A DNA stretch of 56,649 bases from Fonticula alba. Its lineage: Eukaryota. The notes beneath the pieces are model-generated. The model saw only the letters and a program-made list of their open reading frames with translations, was not told the DNA's origin and searched no databases. Shown piece after piece: positions 10,708-22,167 of the stretch. The DNA lies in contig NW_009242980.1 of assembly GCF_000388065.1 (NCBI RefSeq), positions 1,487 to 58,135 of the forward strand, in the 5' to 3' direction. The number at the start of each line of letters is the position of its first letter. Positions within the stretch are counted from its first letter, which is position 1. Made by a program: the position numbers and the translations under genes.

Positions 10708-13700
10708 GATGCCCCCCGGCCCGGAACTCGCCCGCCCGCCCTCTGGGGCCCCCGGCGGGGCTCATGGCGCCGTCCCTTGCACCCTGGCCCAGGCTCCTTG
10801 GCTCGCCATCACGGCCCCCTGTGCACAATACACCCCCCCCCATGGAGGTCTGTTTCTGCCGGGCAATGGCGGCATGCTATCTGCTGGCCACTGGGGAACT
10901 TGCGCTCGCCCCGCCGGCCCCGATGGCCCGAGGGCGGCCTTGTGACCCTCCGAATCGGCCCCTCCACCAGAGGCGCCTCCTCCGGCGGGTGATGCGCTCG
11001 CACCGTCAGCGCGGCCAAGACGCGCGCCCGCCGACACAGAGGAAGCCAATCGCACAGGCAGGCGACCAGGGGCCGCGCCTGCGCGCGCAAATACTCTCCA
11101 AGGGTCTAATCTCCCCTCTCAGGGGGATCGCTGCTGGACCTCCGCCCGCGGGGGCCGGCCCGGCCCATCCTCTCGCAGTCAGATGCAAGCAACCCCCTTC
11201 CGGCGATGGGATTGCTGTGGGTCGCCTGGCATCATTCGGTCTCTCCACCCCCTGTCTCCGTCGCACCCGATGTCCTGTCTGCTCGCTCCCTCTTGCTCTA
11301 CTTTTCATCCTCCCCCCCCCCAACTGCCGGCCAGTCCACATCTTCGATGCGGCGGCCGAGGGCGGCTCGCCCAGTGCCCGCCATCGACCGGGCAAAAGCC
11401 CCAGCGCGCCCATGCCCGAGCCCCGGGCCAAACGTCGAGCGCAAACGTGCTCATCGAAAGCAGCCCCTGGACACGGGAGCCCGCTCGGCGTTGTCCAGGC
11501 CCCCACCCGCCGGAGGGCCCAGCCTTGGTGTCTGCTCCAACAGGCACACCCATCCATCTCGCCCCGTCCTTCACCTGGAGACCGGCGGCTGTGCCGCCTC
11601 ATTTTATCCCTCAGCCCGCCTCCGCCGTTGTATAGCGCGGCGGTTGCCATCTGAAGCCTGTCCCCGCGGACCTCCCCCGTTCTCCGGGTTTCCCTCTGAC
11701 ACCTTGGCGATCCTGCGCTTGGAGCGTCTTCGCGACATACCCTCCTCGACGTTCTGGCATGCCATCATGCCGAGGCACAACCATAGCCATCCTCTACCAG
11801 GACCATGTCGACCGGTCAGCTTGCCTCCCGTACGCCATAGCACCCGCCGCGCGGGCACCTTCCGCCCGGCGAGGCCCGCATCGACCGAGGTATCGCATGT
11901 GCCGGAGAGACCTTGGCGCTTGATGCGCGCGATTGGGCTCCCCTCGCCTGCTCGGCCCCAGAGGCCAGACAGCACACCGCCAACCAGGGCGCACACTCGC
12001 TGGGCCCGATTGCGCAACACTCGTCAATGCCCTCCCCTCGCCACCTAGCCATCTCCTATCACGTCGCTTCCGGCCCGAGAGTGACCGCGCGACACACCCA
12101 AGCCATGTATTCTCCTCGCTTGGTCTGTGGAGGCGCCCCCCTCCCCTTGGCAGGAGCTTCGGTCGTCGCCGAGATGATCTCGGGTAGAAAGCCCCAATCG
12201 CCACAAAACAGCCAGGCAAGCAATCGCTCGTCCCAGCGCGGGCGCTGTTGTGGCTCCTTTGCTCGGCGAAAGGCTGCTCCGAGCATACCGGCGCCCGAAG
12301 CTCCGAGATTCCTTTCTCCCCCTGACCACTGCTTGGCCACCCAGGTGCAAGGGGGCCATTCGGCGTACGGACGCCACGACACCGGATACCGGTTCTTTCG
12401 CGCACCTGGGACATGGTTTCTCCAAGGGCCGGTCGACCAGCCAGCGCCGCCACGCAGATTCATGCGCACACATGCACATCCATCTGCCATACAGGGCTGC
12501 CCAATCGCATTGCCAGGGGCGGTCGGCTTCCACGCGCCTCAAATGGCACGCGCCCCGCCGTGCAGAGCCCCTTGCAGGCAGCCACGCCCTGTATGTCATG
12601 CTGGAAGGCCGGTATCGAGCCGCCAACATGCCCATCGGGCCTGGGAGCCAGGGAGCGAGGCCATTGTGACAAGGACCCCACACCATGGCCCGTCATCCGT
12701 ACGATGGCGGCCCCTACGCGTGGGGCATGGTCGCCCAGCACATGGGCCCTGCAGTGCTTGTCGAGACAACCGCAAGCAAGAACCGGTCCATCCCGGTCCT
12801 GTGAAATGCCCCCGACACTCCCCCCACTGCACCTCGCCCCGTCCATTGGCGGCCCGAGGCCCACCACGGCCCACCACGGCCCACCACGGCCCTCCCTCGG
12901 ATCACGGAGGGCATGGTGGAGGATGTGCGCGCCAGTCTGTCAGCATGGGCCACGCGCCTCATGGCTCGCAAGGGCACCCACCCGGAGCCAAGGTCGAGGA
13001 CAGAGGCCGGCCTCCCCTTGCCGACGGGCCCCATTGGTTGTGCTGGCAGAGGCGCGCCGCTCCCGGTGGTGGCCATGTGGCTCGAAAGCCTGGCCCCTTG
13101 TCGGTGTCCCACCAGCTGCAAGCATCACCCCACACCGCGCGATCTTCCCTTCGTGGACGTGCGCCGCCCGGCGGGCCGCCCATCGCCGCCTCAACATCCA
13201 TCGCGCCACACGGCGCCCGATGACCCATCCGAGGGAAAGCCTCTCGCCGGGTGTCCCCAATACTCGGGCGCGTTGTCGCTCTGCATGCGTCTTCCATGTC
13301 CGCTGGGGCCCTTGTGAGGCGGATGCCGGAGCCCACATCCAGCACACACAATGGCCGTTCCGGCGCGATGGCCCCGACCGGCTCAGCTGGCCAGACGACC
13401 ATGACCCCCAAGGAGCCGGACCCATCCACACGGCCTCGCCGCCCTCTCTCCGGAGAAAGTCGCCTCCTGGCCGGCCCGGCTATCAACCACCGCAAAGTCC
13501 ATAGCTCCACTCCCGTCCAGCCCCTTATGGGGATCTCCAACGTGGTCGGGCTCCGTGCAAGGCGCCTCCTCGTGGTCTCCCTGCCTCCCTTTCAGTGAGA
13601 ATCCCCAGGCATCTCGGGTGCAGATGCCGTGCGTCCGATCGCGGTATGAGACGTGACAAGCGAACCGGGCAGGAGGGCTTATGTGGGATGTGGTGCGACG

Positions 13701-14556
13701 TTGTCTTGAGTCAACAATGAATCCCACATGCGACCACTCTACTCCACGGAGGTTGTCAGTTCCTCAAGCCACGGAGCAGCTGTGGCCTCACCAAGGAAGG
13801 GGCGCATCTCCCTCTCTCTGCGTCTCAATGATAAAGCGCACCCGAAACCGACCGCGTACAGCAGGCTGATCCCTGCATGTGTCCATGCAGTGAAAAAAGG
13901 CCCCGCCCCGAGTGATTCTACACTCGCCATTCGACCGAAGTCCCGCCATCCGACAAGCACCTTGATCCCTGCATCACCCATGGGTGCTGGAGAGGTCCCC
14001 TCGGGCGAGGGCTCCTGCCCGAGCGACTCCGGGCATTCGTGCGATGCCCCATGCTCGACCGCCTCGGCCTCCTGACCGCAGGTCTGCCTGACACATCAGC
14101 TCCAAAGTACAGGGCATAGGCACGCAAAAAAGCATCGTCTATTGAAAGGCAGCACCACCGGGCAGGGGCCCACCGCTGTCTCGGACGAAAGCCCAGCCCA
14201 CGGATGAGCTCGTACAATGGGAAACCCACCCAAGGGTACTACTACACAAACACAGGGTGTCAGGAGCCCAGCATGGGCGCACCCAGGGGGGGGGGGGAGG
14301 CAAAAACCGGCGGAAAAAAGACCTCCCAAAGGCGAGCCCGGCCGCATTCTTCACGACTCATGCAGCCATGGCTCCAAGTGCTACATTCTACTGCTCGTCC
14401 TTGACAGTCAGGCTGCTCACGACGGAGGTAAGAGCATGAGCCGAATACTGAGACCACCACCACCCAAGCGACTGTGAGTGACACGGTCACATTCAACACA
14501 AAGGGGGAAAATCGAGCGCGAGGCATCGTGGCCAGGTAAAAGTGACCAGGCGCAAT

Positions 14557-14579
14557 GAAAAAAAAAAAAAAAAAAAAAA
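14557..14579. repeat. A23 homopolymer
   Basis: Direct reading. It may be the tail of a retroposed sequence. Confidence 0.8.
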
Positions 14580-14818
14580 GATGTTCCCGCGCACGTTGTT
14601 GTCGGAGACTGAAGGGGACAAACAAACACTTCGGTTAATAAGGCACATGTGCGTAGATGGGCAATCGCAGCCGAAAGCAACTCCACCAACACCCACGATC
14701 AACGCACAGTGACGGTACACCGCCAGAATCGGCATGCGATCCTAAGAACGTGACAGCGCGGCGATTTGACCCACAGTTAGAAGACGAATCCCCGACCCAT
14801 CGACGCACGTACAGATGT

Positions 14819-14842
14819 CCCACACACACACACACACACACG
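14819..14842. repeat. (CA)n microsatellite
   Basis: Direct reading. Confidence 0.85.
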
Positions 14843-14988
14843 CAAGAACATGATTGCAAAGGGACTGACAGAGGTAAAGGCTCCCGCGGCCGATTTGTCC
14901 CCTTGGCGGGCACAAGGCAAGATCCCATCCGCCGTTCGAACACCGAAACGAGCGGCGCGGAAATGCAAAACAACCCTCGACTACGTAC

Positions 14989-15168
14989 GGGAAGATATTC
15001 ATTGACAAACTTGATGGTCCTGTAGATGTGGTCCTCTTCCTTGGTCTCACTGTCCTCGCCAAATAGCTGGCACACCTTGGCAAAGCGAACTTCTCGAAGG
15101 CACGCGGTCAGAAGGCACCAATACTCCGTCACTCCCTGGTTGTGGACCGAAAAAAGCCACTCCCAACC
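14989..15168 (-). CDS. Internal exon (60 codons, phase 0/0) of an unknown conserved-looking gene. Peptide: GWEWLFSVHNQGVTEYWCLLTACLREVRFAKVCQLFGEDSETKEEDHIYRTIKFVNEYLP.
   Basis: Lower-GC island. The peptide is globular-looking. A pyrimidine tract plus AG lies immediately 5-prime (plus 15169-15186), and a GTACGT donor lies immediately 3-prime (plus 14983-14988, reverse-complemented). Confidence 0.35.
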
Positions 15169-15395
15169 CTCGATCACAACAAGAAGACATACCGAATGAC
15201 AGGGCGAAGACAAGAAGCACACAGGTTTTCTGGGTTGGCATGGTAGCCCGAGCCACGTCCCACAGGGTGTCATATGTGAGTGACCATCGAAAAGCAACCC
15301 CGGAGAAAGGCGCAGGGCATAGGCACGCGTCAAGGCCGGAGGGCAAAGGAGCATCCACCGGCGGTTATGGGCCATGTGCAGGACTCCAAACATAC

Positions 15396-15690
15396 ACTCT
15401 TCTGCATCAATTCATACAACCGCTCAGCGGACCTCACGGGCTCCATGGCCGTGCCGGGATTCTCGTCCAAGCCAGTTTCCAGGTTAATGTGAAGAACCAT
15501 CGGCTTCATGCCATTGCATGCACCGTCACAGGTGTGCTGGTCCAAATTCATCTCTTGGGGAAGGCGCCCGTTTTCGGAGACAAAGTATGTCTTGCTCAGG
15601 TCGATGATGGTGCCTTGACGACAGGCGAATCGACAGCGGCCACATGGCCCGGCGAGTGCATTATCACCGTCAATGCGTGCTCGAATAAGC
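15396..15690 (-). CDS. Upstream exon of the same minus-strand gene. The peptide is ...CGRCRFACRQGTIIDLSKTYFVSENGRLPQEMNLDQHTCDGACNGMKPMVLHINLETGLDENPGTAMEPVRSAERLYELMQKS, and the 5-prime boundary is approximate.
   Basis: Protein-like ORF segment with CxxC and CxxxC cysteine pairs. A GTATGT donor lies at plus 15390-15395 (reverse-complemented). Phase 0 joins it in frame to the 15168 exon. Confidence 0.3.
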
Positions 15691-16136
15691 CGAAGTGCCA
15701 AAATGCCCACCGCCAGGCAATCGACAGCCTCACCGGGGGGAGGGCCGGATGCAATGCACAAAGTAGGCCTGGCCCCGGGACCCGGCCCCCACCTCCACAG
15801 GCAGAAGGGTTACATACCGAGTTGGTAAATGTGTGTATCCGCCTTGTCTTCATTCCGGCGTTCCTTATCCTTGTCCGACTGGAAGACTGCCAAGTACACA
15901 AAGGTCGAGACGTGTCGGTGAGCGGCCCGATGGACAGTGCGATTGGCCAGGAGGGGTGGTCTTTCATTTTTTTTCTTCCCTGCTCCAAGGAGCAGTGCTC
16001 CTGTTGCCTATCATTGTGTCCAATGTATCTGGAACAAATGCCCCAACCAGCCCATAACGCACCCCACTTCCACACGCGCAGGGCGATTTTCCGGTCCTGT
16101 GTAGGCATTGAGAGCAGGAGGGCGGGCGAAGGCAAG

Positions 16137-16157
16137 CGAGAGAGAGAGAGAGAGAGA
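16137..16157. repeat. (GA)n microsatellite
   Basis: Direct reading. Confidence 0.85.
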
Positions 16158-16741
16158 AATGCTATGGTCAGTAGAAATAGACATGCTCATTCCCCAAAAG
16201 TCCGCCATGCCCGAAGGGGCATTCCTCTGTGAGCGCAGCCCCACTTGGAAGAATGCATTGTTGAAGCGCCTCCCCAGCAGGCCGACTCAACGCACCGAGA
16301 AGCGCTCCTCAGCGCATGTCGTATCCTTCAAGGGAGCATCCATGCTCCCTTTAGCGCTGTTATTCCCGGAGCGAGGGCATACGAAGACATAATCTGACGG
16401 ACGGAAAGGCAACACCAGTTGTGCTCTGATTAGTAACCCTCGACATGGTGCCAGCCCAAATTTAACTGGCCATGCTGCTTCCACCCGTCGATGACTGGCA
16501 ACGCACCCTCAGGATCGAGCTTGGTAGCGGGATACTTTGCCGCCTTCTTGTCTGAGTCGGGTATCGCGAGGCAACACCGGCCACAGAGGAGGAGGCAAAC
16601 GTGTCCGCGCGTTCAGGACACCGTTGGCACACGATCGCAGTGCGCACCCAAAGAGCGTCCACGAGCCGAGGGAAATGTCGGCGGTGAGTGGTTCGAAAAA
16701 GAACAGCCATCGAAAGACAAACAAGGCAACAGGGTGTCAAA

Positions 16742-16880
16742 TCATAGCAAAGGCGCACTGGCGGAGCGTTTGATCTCGTGTTTGGTGCCCTGGATCATTC
16801 GAGCAAGCTCCTCCACCTGGTCCTTGACATCTTGCTCGGTGGCGTCCTTGGGGAGTGTAAGGTAGACGTAATCGCCTGTG
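16742..16880 (-). CDS. Terminal exon resembling the C-terminus of signal recognition particle 9 kDa protein (SRP9 family). This is a tentative call.
   Basis: The peptide GDYVYLTLPKDATEQDVKDQVEELARMIQGTKHEIKR aligns by eye to the SRP9 segment [28 protein letters not shown] (shared KxxxxQDVKx and EExxxxM pattern). A CAG acceptor lies at plus ~16881-16883, and the stop codon is at the ORF end. Confidence 0.25.
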
Positions 16881-18397
16881 CGGTGCGCGGCCGTAGCCGA
16901 GCGATGCCATCGGCCGAGGGCGGGCACGTTAAAATGAAAATACATCATCGGTGGAGCTGCTAGGGACCGGCATCCCGGCGAAGAGAGGCCGAAGTGGCAT
17001 CCACGTACTCATGGGGGCAACGGCGTGTGGAGAGAGGGAGGGAGCGAACGGCGGCTGCTCAGGCGAAGGGGGAAAGGGCAGGTGCTTTCGAAGGGGAGGA
17101 TGTTCGACCGGCCGAGGGGGAATGCGCTTCTATGGCGATGTTCCGATGGGTGCGGGACACACCGGCTCCTTATAAACCCCCCTTGCCGGCCCAAGTGTCC
17201 GCCTGCCCGTGGCTTCCGTCGTCCTCCCATCCATGCTCCCGTGTGGATCGATGGCTCCATGAATGGCCTGGCATCGGAGGGAAGGGTACAACCACCGCAA
17301 GCGGCCGGACAGCTGATCCCCACGCTTCCGAGCAATGACGGACAGCGGCCCTGCCCCGAGTGCCCCGAGGTCGTGTCGAGCGACCCAGTCGACACACACC
17401 CGACAGGCAGCCCGGCAGGTATAATGTCCCTCGCAGGAGGGGCCGCCATCCAGTGGAAGCTCTCCACCCGGCGTCCCTCCTTGCCCACCCTGGATCAGCA
17501 TGTCCACTGGGGTGTGAGCGTGCCTTGTGCGACATGCCCCCTCGCGTAGACACTGTCTGCCACACCGTCGACATGGGCGCGGTCTGTTTCTCTGGCTATG
17601 GGCTGGTTGAGTGTGACCGAGTTGGGCTCCGGCGTGGCCGCGCCCCCTTCCCCGGCGGAGGATGGCATGGGCAAGGCCAGGGCCTGTCTGGAAAAAACGA
17701 CCACCTCTTGGCGCTCGGCTGGGATTGCCCCGCACACAGGGCGGGCATGTGGGCTGCCGTGCGCCGGGGTCATGCACGAGGGGGCTGCCACGCCTCGCGT
17801 TTCGAAGGCGACAAAACCCAACGTATCTGGACCACATCAGCGCTGTGTCGCCTTCCTGGGCCATGGCCGCTCGAAGATCACGGCTGTGCTCTCGCGACCA
17901 AGCGTGGCCCTCCCCCGGCAGGCCCGGTGTCCAGTTGCCTGACATGGATCCGTACAACGCGAGCTCGCGTCGGGACTCCTCTCCCATATGGCCGGCGGTG
18001 CCCTCCCCTCCCTCGCGGGCCCTCAACAGCAAGAGGGCCCCCGACCTGTCTCCTCCAGCTCCGGACAAGAAGGTGAATGGAGAAAACAACAACAACAACA
18101 ACGGGAAAAAAACCCCACAAGAGATGCCATCAGCTCGAAGGACTCCCTCTACTGCAGCCCAATCAGGCAGGACTGCAGCCCACAGAGTCAATTCGAGGAA
18201 ATGGCCCAAAGCACCACGCCGGTGGCTGCTCGATTATGGTCGCACGGGGCAGGCGCACGGGGCTCCTAGGAGGAGTCCTGCAGCTCATAGTTCGCAGGTA
18301 AGGCCTCCGGAATAGACCACAACGCCGGAGGGGCGGCCCAAAGCCAAGTCCCTCCGGACCCCTCCTCCCTCCCACCGAACGCCATCCTCCTGCCCAT

Positions 18398-18448
18398 TGT
18401 GCATGTATGTGTGTACATGTGTGTATGTGTATGTATGTGTGTGTGTTG
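18398..18448. repeat. (TG)n/(TATG)n microsatellite
   Basis: Direct reading. Confidence 0.85.
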
Positions 18449-21400
18449 GTCGGCCATCTTACTCCATTTGACCCGGTCTCTTTCGCGGCCACGTGCCGGG
18501 AGGGAGGGGGCGGATGATCGGCATTAGGTGTTGTCATATGCACATCCCTCCTCCTTCCGCCTCGGTGCCCCTCCCATGGATGTGGTCGTGCGCGAGCGCC
18601 GCGATGGCGGGGTGAAGTTCCACACCTCGACGCCAGGGCCGATGGCCGGGCCTGTTGCGCGGCGCCCACCCCCTCGCGGCCCCCCCCGGACCTGTCGCAG
18701 GGCCCGTGCGGGTGCCCATGTTGATGAGGGCACTCGGGCCCCAGCGGCCCCCTGTGGTGTGCGAGCATGCGGGCGGAAGGGCGTCCTTTGTGGGTCCACG
18801 ACTCGCATGCTCCTCCTTTCGCATGGGATAACCACAGTTCCTCTCGTCTCCCCCCGAAAGGGTACCCGCCTCGCCGTCCCCCCTGTGGACCACCTCTCAC
18901 CTTGTGGAGGGGACGAGGGGCGAGGCAGCATGTGCCCACCGCGCTCGGCACCTCGCACCCCCAGCCACAAGGAGCCGCATCACTCCATCGACCGGGCCGA
19001 CGCCCCGCTCCCCCACCTGGCCTCGGCCACAGGCATACCCCTCATCCGGCAGTGTTTGCCCTTGCCGGGCGCGGGGTAGCCCCGTGCAACAACACGCCCG
19101 GTCCCTGCGCATAGGGGCTTCATGTTTCCTTCCCACGATGCCTCAGCAGGGGAGCCGGCCCCCATTCAGGGGGTGGCCAAGTGCACACCCACACCCGGAC
19201 AAGCCCGGTCCCAGGCGCCGGGGCGGGAGGCGCGGGGCGGCCCCCCCCCCCCCCCCCCGGAGAGGCCCTTCCCACCTGGAGATCGCTCGGCCCTCGAGGC
19301 CCATGGAGGGGGAAAAGAAAACAACAACAACAAACAAAAGGCATGGTCTGGCCCGGTCTCACTCGCTGCCAAGGCCAAGGCATCTCGTCTGTTCGCCGAG
19401 CATGCGCATGTGATGCACATTCCGACAAAGCAGCCCCGCGGTGGGGCCACAGAACCCGGGCGTCATCATTCCGGGTAAGAGACGCAGTTCTAGACGAGCG
19501 CATAGTGCCAACGTTCAGGAAAAGAGCGATAAGTGCACGATGCCAACTCTACGGACGATCGCCACTGAGACACTATCCTCGGCAGGCCGGCACGCGGGCC
19601 GCCCAAAACATGACCCTTAACTGGTCCCCGCTTATAGGCCCCGCATTCAGTTACACCTTGGGTCGGACTCGGGGCCAAGTCCGCCGTTCCCGGTCTCAGG
19701 CCGTCATGCGCTCGGTGACAGGGGCCGCCGGCGCCGGGGCCCCCACGTCGAGCGATCCCCGCTTGTGGCCTCGCGCCGCTGTCTCACAGACCGCCAGGAG
19801 GTGCCTGCCTGTTGCCTGCCCTTGCGACCCGGGGCGCCCCTTCCCGAGCAGCGGCCGGGCCGGCCTCATTCCGAATGTTGCATGCCGCATGGCCGGTCCC
19901 TGGAGCATATCTCTTGCTCCTAGTGTGTTGGGCATCGGGTGCTTGCCGGTGCCCACTGCGCGGTGCTCGCATTTTGGGCAAATGCCCTCGGCCGGGAAGC
20001 CGGAGGATCGTAGGCCGGAAGCCGGGCCACTCGCACCGAGGACGCCCGGGCAGGAGAGGCCCCTCCCCTCGTCAGGTGTGGTCCTCGGCCCTTGGAGCCT
20101 GGTGGCCGCCGATCGACGGCCCAACCGGAGCCACCGGCCCGGGCCGTGCGGGGCCGACATTTCGACGAGCACCCCGGCGGCGATGCACGGCCAGGAGTGC
20201 CCGGACGCTCGTGCGATGAAACCCGAGGCAGCGACGGCCCGAGGCCCGGCCAGGCACCGTGGACATCGACTTCCGCGCGGAGACTGCCCCGTGTGCCGTG
20301 GCGCCCGGCCAGGCCCGGGGCTCCGCCCCATCTTGGAGGCCAGCGCCGCGCCCCGTGGCACATGGCGCCCCCTCGGTTCGTCCTCGCTGAGAGGCCGGCG
20401 GCGGCTCCTGCACTGGGAACACAGAGGATGACTCAGTCCCTCGAACTCAGGGTCCCCCTCGCGCCTGCAGTGTGCAGTGGTCCGCCGCCGAGGCCAGGCA
20501 CGGCCCCATCGCCGGGTGGCCCCGGCATGAAGAGCTCCGAGCATGGATCGGGATGCGACTGCCGATTGACCGGAGCCTGGTTCGCTTGTGCCTGCACAGG
20601 GGCACGCCCTTGCTGGCGGTGGTCGCAGATTCGCCAAAGCCCCGGCCGACCGGGCAGGCCGGGCCCTCTCCCTGGAGAGACGTCCCTCGGGCGTCGTGTG
20701 GCCCCGAAGCACGCGGCACCCCCTCCCCCGCCGCCGCTGGACCTCGAATTCGGACCGGGACCGGCGATCCGCCCACTCCACGGCGCCTGGAGCGCCATCA
20801 CCGTTGCCATTCCCGCTCTCGCCGTGACACATGCCCGGGGGACTTGGCACTCGGTCATGCACCCGACCGCCCGGAGTACAGCGGATCCCCGGCAGGCCGG
20901 CACCGGGCATGCCCAGTGGTGTCCCCATGTCCCGCGGCATGCGGGTCTCTCGCGGGCCCTGGTGCTGGCCTGCCGGGGACCCGCTGGACTCCGGGCGTCC
21001 GGCTCGGCGGCCCGAGGGCCGGCCGATGCGCCGCTTCTTTCGGCCCGCCTTCGTGCGCGAAGACATGTCACCGACATGCCGGCACCCGCTCCCTGCGACA
21101 GGGCCCGCATGCCCGGTGCCTGGTGGGATAGGGCCTCGCCTCTCGCGAGGGGGCCACAGCCGGCGTGTCGGCCACTCGATCCGCACGGGAATGTGACCCG
21201 ACGCACAGGCGGCGCGAGTGCGTGCTCGGCACCGAGCGTGGGCCATTTCCCGGGCATCCTCGCCCGCTGGGCGCCAACCACCGGCATCCGGCGGCCGTGG
21301 CGTGCTCGTTCGGGCGTCTGTTTCTCGGCCGTCGGGTTGCCGGTGGCGGAGACCACAGCGGGGTGTCATATTGAAACGCTCGGACTGATTCACCGAGGCT

Positions 21401-21510
21401 TGTTCTCCGATATGGAGATCACGCCTCGGAAGAAAGCATTTCGTCTCGAGAGGTACAAGAAGGCAAGCGATGACAATAAAGCGCGCGCGGTCTTGTTGGG
21501 GGAAGCAAAA

Positions 21511-21693
21511 GTATTTACATCAGAGACTACTGGCTTGGGGGGGAGAAAGCCAGGCCAAGGAGGCAATGACTATCCTTTCTAGGGTCGGAAGACATCACGT
21601 CTGAACTCCAGTCAAAAAGTATTTACATCAGAGACTACTGGCTTGGGGGGGAGAAAGCCAGGCCAAGGAGGCAATGACTATCCTTTCTAGGGT
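21511..21693. repeat. Tandem duplication of a 75-bp unit (21511-21585 and 21619-21693) separated by a 33-bp spacer, upstream of tRNA-Glu.
   Basis: The string GTATTTACATCAGAGACTACTGGCTTGGGGGGGAGAAAGCCAGGCCAAGGAGGCAATGACTATCCTTTCTAGGGT occurs twice. Confidence 0.85.
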
Positions 21694-21960
21694 AGTCGTA
21701 CATGGGAAAGAGGGCGCGGATGCCGTCCCTTATATAGGGGTTAGGCACATGGGAGAAGGAGCACCTTGCCCCTCTTCCCTGGCGCCGAGGGAGGAGGCGG
21801 CAGGGCGGGGCGAAGGTCTGTACACGGAGGCGCGGCTCTCCCCAAGAGGAGAGGAGAGCCGGGGATCCGACTTCTCAGATGTGGTCACGTGACAACCCGT
21901 GACCAATTCTGGGATTTGGGCGGCAAAGGTTACACATATTGGCCACCCAGCGGAAGCCCT
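21619..21960 (+). repeat. Copy A of a ~350-bp dispersed element found immediately upstream of tRNA genes. It carries a CCTTATATAGG box.
   Basis: It shares ordered blocks with 54820-55280: TTACATCAG.GACTA, GAATGACTATCCTT, CCTTATATAGGG, ACATGGGA and TCACGTGA...TGACCA. Confidence 0.5.
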
Positions 21961-21968
21961 TCATCTTC

Positions 21969-22041
21969 TCCCATATAGTCTAGGTGGTTAGGATACGTGG
22001 CTCTCACCCACGAGACCCGGGTTCGAGTCCCGGTATGGGAA
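21969..22041 (+). tRNA. tRNA-Glu (anticodon CTC)
   Basis: Cloverleaf: acceptor TCCCATA/TATGGGA, D-arm AGTCTAGGTGGTTAGGAT, anticodon loop CTCTCAC, T-arm GGTTCGAGTCC. It is near-identical to canonical eukaryotic tRNA-Glu. A TTTT terminator lies 3 nt downstream. Confidence 0.9.
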
Positions 22042-22093
22042 TTCTTTTGGACCGGGGCCGTCCTTTTGATCGCCGAGCGAGCAAAATGGAAGC

Positions 22094-22167
22094 TGACCAT
22101 GATGCGGCTCGAACACACAACCTCCTGATCCGTAGTCAGGTGCTCTATCCAATTGAGCTACACGGCC
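22094..22167 (-). tRNA. tRNA-Arg (anticodon ACG), copy 1
   Basis: The reverse complement reads GGCCGTGTAGCTCAATTGGATAGAGCACCTGACTACGGATCAGGAGG...TTCGAGCC...CATGGTCA, with anticodon loop CTACGGA. A T-run follows downstream on the minus strand. Confidence 0.85.

Noticed and set aside
15833-15900. Short K/D/E-rich minus-strand frame (YLAVFQSDKDKERRNEDKAD) as a third exon of the 15-kb locus
   Set aside because: It is below the ORF-track length, and no flanking splice sites could be placed with confidence.
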